Shown one piece after another: positions 14,213 through 19,162 of a stretch of 19,162 nucleotides of DNA. This DNA is from Candidatus Micrarchaeia archaeon. Its GTDB lineage: Archaea > Micrarchaeota > Micrarchaeia > Micrarchaeales > CABMGC01. Made by a program: the position numbers and the translations under genes. The notes under the pieces were generated by a model. It was not told the origin of the DNA. It worked only from the letters and a program-made list of their open reading frames with translations, and searched no databases. The stretch spans positions 1-19,162 of the forward strand of contig JBMFUT010000015.1 of the NCBI GenBank assembly GCA_049966395.1, given 5' to 3'. Numbering within the stretch: the first letter of the stretch is position 1; every line of letters starts with the position of its first letter.

Positions 14213-15559
14213 ATGCGCGTCCTTAAGAATCTTGGAAAGACTGACAAAGAATTGTTAGGCATCATGAAAAAAGAGCTCAAAAGGCAGAGGGAAAGCCTTG
14301 AACTCATACCTTCCGAAAATTTCGCTAGCCTTGCTGTCATGGAAGCAGTAGGTTCAGTGTTGACTAACAAGTATTCTGAAGGATATCCTGGGAGAAGGTA
14401 TTATGGCGGCAACGAATTTGTGGACAGGATAGAAAACATTGCTATAGAAAGGGCGAAGGAGCTCTTCGGAGTCCCTTATGCCAACGTTCAGCCTTATTCC
14501 GGTTCGCCTGCAAACCTCGCAATATATGCGGCACTGTGCAATCCTGGGGATGTTGTAATGGGCATGAACCTTACAGACGGAGGCCATCTGACGCATGGTT
14601 GGAAGACAAGCATTACGGGGCAATATTTCAAGAGCGTGCCATACCATGTGAAGAGCGACGGCTACATAGACATCGACGAGGCAAGAAAAATTGCAGATGA
14701 GAGCAAACCGAAGATAATATGGATAGGGGCGACTGCCTACACTAGGGCGTTGCCTTTCAAGGAGTTCGCCGAGATTGCAGATGCTACGGGGGCTTATCTT
14801 GTGGCTGACGTATCTCACGTTGCAGGTCTGATAGTAGCTGGAGTACACGAGAGCCCGGCAAAATGCGCCGATGTAATAATGACGACCACGCACAAGACGC
14901 TCAGGGGGCCGAGGGGCGCGATAATAATGGTCACTGAGAAAGGCTTGAGAAAGGATCCAGAGCTAGCGAGCAAGATAGAAAAAGCAGTATTCCCTGGCTT
15001 GCAAGGCGGGCCGCATGATCATACTACGGCGGGCATAGCGGTGGCGCTGCTTGAGGCGTCGAAGCCAGAGTTCAAGGAGTATGGAGAGCAGATAGTGAAG
15101 AATGCCAAGGCCCTTTCAGAAGAGCTCAAGGCAAGGGGTTTCAAGCTTGTCACTGGCGGCACCGACAACCACATGATACTTGCTGATCTGACCCCGATAG
15201 GCAAGGGCATGGGGCTATATGCACAGGAGGCTTTGGACAAGGCTGGGATAATAGTTAACAAGAACACTATCCCTGGCGAGCCTTTTTCGCCATTCTATCC
15301 TAGCGGCATAAGGCTAGGCACTCCCGCCGTTACAACAAGGGGCATGAAGGAGCAGGAAATGAAACTCATAGGGAGTTATATTGCGGAAGTCGTTGGCGAG
15401 ATAAGGAATTACAGCATGCCTGAGGACAAGGAAACGCGGCAAGAATACATAGCAAAGTTCAGGAAGGAAATAGGCAAGAACAAGAACATAAAAAAGGTAA
15501 AAAAAGAAGTGGTTGCACTTTGCAAAAAGTTCCCCATATACGATGGCATTAGGATATAG
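14213..15559 (+). CDS. glyA: Serine hydroxymethyltransferase (bacterial type)
   Basis: LELIPSENF, NKYSEGYPGRRYYGG, GGHLTHG, PLP-lysine motif TTTHKTLRGPRG, FPGLQGGP, GGTDNH, SGIRLGTPAVTTRG. Confidence 0.98.
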   Translation: MRVLKNLGKTDKELLGIMKKELKRQRESLELIPSENFASLAVMEAVGSVLTNKYSEGYPGRRYYGGNEFVDRIENIAIERAKELFGVPYANVQPYSGSPANLAIYAALCNPGDVVMGMNLTDGGHLTHGWKTSITGQYFKSVPYHVKSDGYIDIDEARKIADESKPKIIWIGATAYTRALPFKEFAEIADATGAYLVADVSHVAGLIVAGVHESPAKCADVIMTTTHKTLRGPRGAIIMVTEKGLRKDPELASKIEKAVFPGLQGGPHDHTTAGIAVALLEASKPEFKEYGEQIVKNAKALSEELKARGFKLVTGGTDNHMILADLTPIGKGMGLYAQEALDKAGIIVNKNTIPGEPFSPFYPSGIRLGTPAVTTRGMKEQEMKLIGSYIAEVVGEIRNYSMPEDKETRQEYIAKFRKEIGKNKNIKKVKKEVVALCKKFPIYDGIRI

Positions 15560-17269
15560 TCAGATTTGTATGGCTTTCTTTTTCTGCGCTATTCTTATTT
15601 CTGCGTTAAGCCTCCCCAGCTTTGTTTCTGACATGTCGATGAAATTCATGTGCTTCGTGACAGAAGGGTGTACGCTGTTAACTTCATTATATACAAGCTG
15701 GACCATCTTTCTATAGTCGGGATGGCCGCTTGGGGTTGTGCGCAGCTCGCAGAAGTGATACAGCTGCCTGGCGTTAAGCCTGTAGTACCAGTGGAGATTG
15801 TAGCCGAAAGTGACGACATATTGCGCCTGGTAAGGCAGTTTCTCGTGCAGCTTTTCGTAGAGCTCACTGACTTCCTTCATCTTGCTTTTGTAATCGTCTG
15901 CTATACCTATTTCGTTGTATTCATTGCGCAGCTCATAGCCCAGCTTTGTAGAGAAATTCTGCCTTTCCTGGGTCCCTATTCTGTGCCTCTGAAGATCGCG
16001 GTATATGCCGACTCTCCCGGTGAAGTCGAACAAGTAATCCACATTCTCGAAGGCTCTTCCTGGCTTGTTGCGCCTGTTAGTTCTGTTGCCAACGTACATT
16101 GCAATTAGCATTTCCTTTTTTTCCGGGTCCATCTCCTCGGCTATCTTGTATGCAGCATCCATCGAGATGCCGTCGTTGTATTTGTAAACTAGGGCTGCGA
16201 CAATCTTTTTGCTAGCTTCTGCATCAGGATTTTGGAAGCCTTTTCCAGTGTAGTCTACAAGAGTCACCGCCTTTTTTGCGGGCGCTGCCTCCAAGCTTGA
16301 AATTTTGTATTCGCGCATCTGCTTCTCCCTGTTAGATAGCAACTCCTGATAGTATTGATCGTGCTTCTCTACTACCCTGTGTATCAATGAAGGCGCTACC
16401 TTGCTGAGCTCTTCGTAAATGTTGGCAGCTATCCATCTGCTCTCGCCAAGCTGCGATGCTAAAAGCTTGTTTAGCATGTTTTCATATGCTCTTGCATTTG
16501 CATTTATGCCCACGTGCGTCAGCGTTGCCATAGGTAGGTAGTCCCTCATGAAATCCAAGGCGTTTGCCTTTATTGCATTATCGTAGGCTTTTACCAGGTC
16601 GGTTTCGGTTATGCCGGTATCCTCTTCTATTTTTTTGCTTAATTCGCTTATTCTTAACTGATTATCGCCTATCCGGAAATACTGTGCATCTATAGGGTTC
16701 TCATCCCTAATGTACTTTATCATTTCTGGCGTGCCCCTGACATACGAATCGAAAAGCCCATTCATCAGTTCCAGATAGTCGTCGCTCAGATTTGATTGCA
16801 TTATGTCCGGATCCCTGTAGAACATATAGCTGCCATTTGGCAGCTTCTTGTCGAAGAACACATATCTTGTGGATTTTTCTATGAATGATGCGCCTATTCT
16901 CGAATCCTCAATTTCTTTTACGGCAAGGTTCGATATGTACTCGCACGATAGCGGCAAACCGCCTGACATTTCCTGTATAGAGTCGTCGCCGTAATCGGCA
17001 AGCCATGACAAAAAGAACTCGCGGCCCCTGTCCCTGTTTGGCAGGAATTCTTTAATGAATAGCTTCCTGCCTGTGTATATTGTCCTGCTGTATCTTGAAA
17101 GCAGCGCGCCAGATTGCTCGGGAGTGAGTTTTTCGGATAGCTTCCACGCATATACGTTCTTATCGACATTTGTGACGACTTTGTTTAGCTCTACAACCTC
17201 ATCTTCAGCAAATTCTTCTACTATAAAACCAGTATCGCCATCCCAAAATTTCAGTGCAACTCCGCCCAT
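15560..17269 (-). CDS. thyX: FAD-dependent thymidylate synthase, tandem two-domain type
   Basis: SRYSR, YGDDSIQE, EDSRIGASFIEKSTRY, RDYLP, NARA in the N-terminal domain; RDLQRHR, NARQLYHFCELRT, GHPDYR in the C-terminal domain. Start uncertain: ATG 17269 is preferred (GGGGT SD-like, AATAAAAA TATA-like upstream); alternatives are 17290, 17293 and 17299. Confidence 0.93.
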   Translation of the reverse strand: MGGVALKFWDGDTGFIVEEFAEDEVVELNKVVTNVDKNVYAWKLSEKLTPEQSGALLSRYSRTIYTGRKLFIKEFLPNRDRGREFFLSWLADYGDDSIQEMSGGLPLSCEYISNLAVKEIEDSRIGASFIEKSTRYVFFDKKLPNGSYMFYRDPDIMQSNLSDDYLELMNGLFDSYVRGTPEMIKYIRDENPIDAQYFRIGDNQLRISELSKKIEEDTGITETDLVKAYDNAIKANALDFMRDYLPMATLTHVGINANARAYENMLNKLLASQLGESRWIAANIYEELSKVAPSLIHRVVEKHDQYYQELLSNREKQMREYKISSLEAAPAKKAVTLVDYTGKGFQNPDAEASKKIVAALVYKYNDGISMDAAYKIAEEMDPEKKEMLIAMYVGNRTNRRNKPGRAFENVDYLFDFTGRVGIYRDLQRHRIGTQERQNFSTKLGYELRNEYNEIGIADDYKSKMKEVSELYEKLHEKLPYQAQYVVTFGYNLHWYYRLNARQLYHFCELRTTPSGHPDYRKMVQLVYNEVNSVHPSVTKHMNFIDMSETKLGRLNAEIRIAQKKKAIQI

Positions 17270-17485
17270 ATAACCCCGCTTGTTATACATCATCAACAAG
17301 ATTTTTTATTGCTTTGTTGCGCAGCTTGCGTTAAAGTAAAAGCCGATTATGATTTCGCAGTTAATGCAGGGTTAGGATACTGCTATAATTGCATTTAGGT
17401 TAGCTGTTATAGACCTAGCAGACAAGGTTATGGCGCTGTTAAAAAAAGAGCCAATTTAACTTTGCATATACAACCAAGAAACAAG

Positions 17486-17560
17486 TGCTCCGGTCGGGAT
17501 TTGAACCCGAGTCCCAGCCTCGAGAGGGCTGTATCCTTGACCGGACTAGACGATCGGAGC
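17486..17560 (-). tRNA. tRNA-Glu (anticodon CTC), no intron, CCA not encoded
   Basis: Reverse complement GCTCCGA-TC-GTCT-AGTCCGGTCAA-GGAT-A-CAGCC-CT-CTC-GA-GGCTG-GGAC-TCGGG-TTCAAAT-CCCGA-CCGGAGC-A folds as a cloverleaf. Confidence 0.96.
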
Positions 17561-17577
17561 ACGCTTTTCTATTATGC

Positions 17578-17593
17578 CGCAAAATAATAAATA
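17578..17593 (+). promoter_or_regulatory. BRE/TATA-like element CGCAAAATAATAAATA (copy 1) upstream of rfcL; may also serve the divergent tRNA-Glu
   Basis: Ends 28 nt before ATG 17621; an identical 16-mer occurs at 18860-18875. Confidence 0.55.
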
Positions 17594-17620
17594 ATGTACT
17601 GACTAATTAATAATGATCTT

Positions 17621-18844
17621 ATGCTCTGCGACAAATATGCGCCAACCACACTGAATAAGATAATAGGAAACCGCACCGCAATTGAAAAACTAGTAGATTT
17701 CGGGATAAGCTGGCAGAAAGGAGAGCGACCTCGACCAATAATAATATACGGGCCTAGCGGAGTGGGCAAGACTGCGGCTGCAAGGGCGCTGGCATATTCT
17801 AACGGCTTTGACCTTGTAGAGCTTGGAGCAAACGATTACAGGGATGCAAAGAGCATAGAAAAGATGCTTTTACCTGCAAGCAGGTCTGTAACGCTTTACA
17901 ACAATAGGCTTCTTATACTAATGGATGAGATAGACGAACTTTCAGGCAAATTCGACGCTGGCGCAGAAAAGGCCATACTTGCGCTGCTTAAAAATTCGAT
18001 GCAACCTATAATATTTATAGCAAACAACTTCTGGAGCCAGAAAATAGCTTTCCTAAGGGAGCACGTTGACAAGGTTGAATTCAAAAAAGTCCCTCCTGAC
18101 GAGATAGTTTCGCTGCTAAAATCCATAGCTGGGAAGGAAGGGATTGGCATCGATGACAAGACGATTGAAAGAATTGCGGCCAGCAGCAATGGCGACGTGA
18201 GGGGGGCTATAAACGACCTTGAGGCTATGGCTGGCGCAAAACCAGAGCTCATTGAGAATTTGGGCATAAGAAGCAGGAAGGTGGAAATATTCGGGGTGCT
18301 TGACGGCATACTGCTTTCGAAAAGCTTCTATACTGCTAAGGCGGCACTTGAAAATTCGGATGTTGAGCTAGAAATGGTGCTCAACTGGCTAGAGGAGAAT
18401 TTGCCAAAGAGATACTTATCAAGGCAAAGCCTCTCCAGAGCTTATGACGAGCTTGCATTGGCTAGCAGATTTTTGGAGAAGGCTAAAAGGACTAGCTACT
18501 ATGGTTACCTTAGGTATGTGAACGTGCTCTCCTCCAGTGGCGTATCTCTTGCGAGTGATGGCAACATCAGCATGATAAAGCCATATTCGTTCCCTGCAAA
18601 GGTGAAATACTTAAGCAGCACCAAGGACTACCGCTCGCTGCTGAATATCACTGCAACATCGCTTATAAGCATACTGCATACTGACAAGAGGAGCATAATT
18701 AGCACTTTCATGCCTATGCTTGCAACCATGATAAGAAAAGGCTTAGAAGAAGTAGGGAGCGATGAGACTTTTGAATTCATAGAGGCTAACTATCGCATAC
18801 CTAAGGAGGCTGCAGAGGTAATAGCGGGCATAAGGTCGCGATAA
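17621..18844 (+). CDS. rfcL: Replication factor C large subunit (clamp loader)
   Basis: DKYAP (RFC box II), Walker A GPSGVGKT, ELGANDYR, Walker B LILMDEID, PIIFIAN, GDVRGAINDLE, WLEENLP. Confidence 0.92.
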   Translation: MLCDKYAPTTLNKIIGNRTAIEKLVDFGISWQKGERPRPIIIYGPSGVGKTAAARALAYSNGFDLVELGANDYRDAKSIEKMLLPASRSVTLYNNRLLILMDEIDELSGKFDAGAEKAILALLKNSMQPIIFIANNFWSQKIAFLREHVDKVEFKKVPPDEIVSLLKSIAGKEGIGIDDKTIERIAASSNGDVRGAINDLEAMAGAKPELIENLGIRSRKVEIFGVLDGILLSKSFYTAKAALENSDVELEMVLNWLEENLPKRYLSRQSLSRAYDELALASRFLEKAKRTSYYGYLRYVNVLSSSGVSLASDGNISMIKPYSFPAKVKYLSSTKDYRSLLNITATSLISILHTDKRSIISTFMPMLATMIRKGLEEVGSDETFEFIEANYRIPKEAAEVIAGIRSR

Positions 18845-18859
18845 TTCAGATGATGCTTG

Positions 18860-18875
18860 CGCAAAATAATAAATA
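18860..18875 (+). promoter_or_regulatory. BRE/TATA-like element CGCAAAATAATAAATA (copy 2) upstream of tRNA-His
   Basis: Ends 25 nt before the tRNA 5' end; identical to 17578-17593. Confidence 0.6.
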
Positions 18876-18899
18876 GCAGATACATCATAATTGCATTGT

Positions 18900-18972
18900 G
18901 GCCTCGGTAGTGTAATGGCTCGCACGGAGGGCTGTGGACCCTCAAGACCGGGTCCGATTCCCGGCCCAGGCC
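18900..18972 (+). tRNA. tRNA-His (anticodon GTG) with encoded G-1 and C73, no intron
   Basis: G-GCCTCGG-TA-GTGT-AATGGCTC-GCAC-G-GAGGG-CT-GTG-GA-CCCTC-AAGA-CCGGG-TCCGATT-CCCGG-CCCAGGC-C folds as a cloverleaf. Confidence 0.93.
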
Positions 18973-19013
18973 CTTCTGCAGCAAGGTATTTATCTTTTTT
19001 TTAGCAGTTTATC

Positions 19014-19162
19014 ATGACGGGCATGCACAAGACAAAGAAGTCTTTGGGAAAAGCTTCATCAAAAGCGCAAAGCGCAATGGAATACCTTATGACATACGGA
19101 TGGGCAATTCTTATTATCGCAGTGGTTTTGGGCGCACTGTTCCAGTTGGGAGTTTTCAACCC
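19014..19162 (+). CDS. Class III signal peptide (type IV pilin-like) protein, 3'-truncated by window edge
   Basis: Not in the ORF track. Translates as MTGMHKTKKSLGKASSKA|QSAMEYLMTYGWAILIIAVVLGALFQLGVFNP: basic N-region, [KR][GA]|Q-x-[SA]-x-E cleavage motif and hydrophobic helix. Alternative start at 19023. Confidence 0.88.
   Translation, partial: MTGMHKTKKSLGKASSKAQSAMEYLMTYGWAILIIAVVLGALFQLGVFN

Noticed and set aside
17486..18972. tRNA introns or an integrated element at the tRNA genes
   Set aside because: Both tRNAs fold without extra sequence or a BHB motif; I saw no duplicated tRNA 3' end, integrase or transposase in the window.
3288..18984. Numerous antisense and alternate-frame ORFs in the track (e.g. 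3630-4178, 4067-4597, 6867-7478, 11023-11529, 14354-14893, 15650-16108)
   Set aside because: They overlap well-supported conserved genes or tRNAs, show no recognisable motifs, and are expected shadow ORFs.
1..19162. CRISPR array, IS element or recoded stop codons
   Set aside because: No regularly spaced repeats or transposase-like ORFs; conserved genes end at expected lengths using TAA, TAG and TGA, consistent with the standard code 11.

Overview
A gene-dense archaeal core-genome window, most likely from a DPANN archaeon of the Micrarchaeota type. That assignment is an inference from the divergent ribosomal proteins, the 'AQSAMEYLMTYGWAIL' class III signal peptide and the Y/N/S/T-rich surface proteins. 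In order it holds: the 3' part of a large Cys-rich membrane-anchored surface protein; two small minus-strand ORFs (an EF-Tu domain II-like barrel and a membrane protein); rpl15e-acyP-pcc1; an S10-like operon (rpl3, rpl4, rpl23, rpl2, rps19, rpl22, rps3, rpl29, sui1) that stops after sui1; a ~350 bp gap containing a GC-rich rod-shaped hairpin (candidate ncRNA); a secreted membrane protein-pheS-pheT-hypothetical operon; bacterial-type glyA abutting a convergent tandem-domain thyX; tRNA-Glu(CTC); rfcL; tRNA-His(GTG); and the start of a type IV pilin-like gene. I found no mobile element, CRISPR array or rRNA. The most notable signals are insertions in both ribosomal exit-tunnel constriction loops (uL22 and uL4), the candidate ncRNA at the operon breakpoint, the two-gene GlyA/ThyX folate cycle and non-canonical bases in both tRNAs. 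Reference motifs are recalled from memory, not from database searches.
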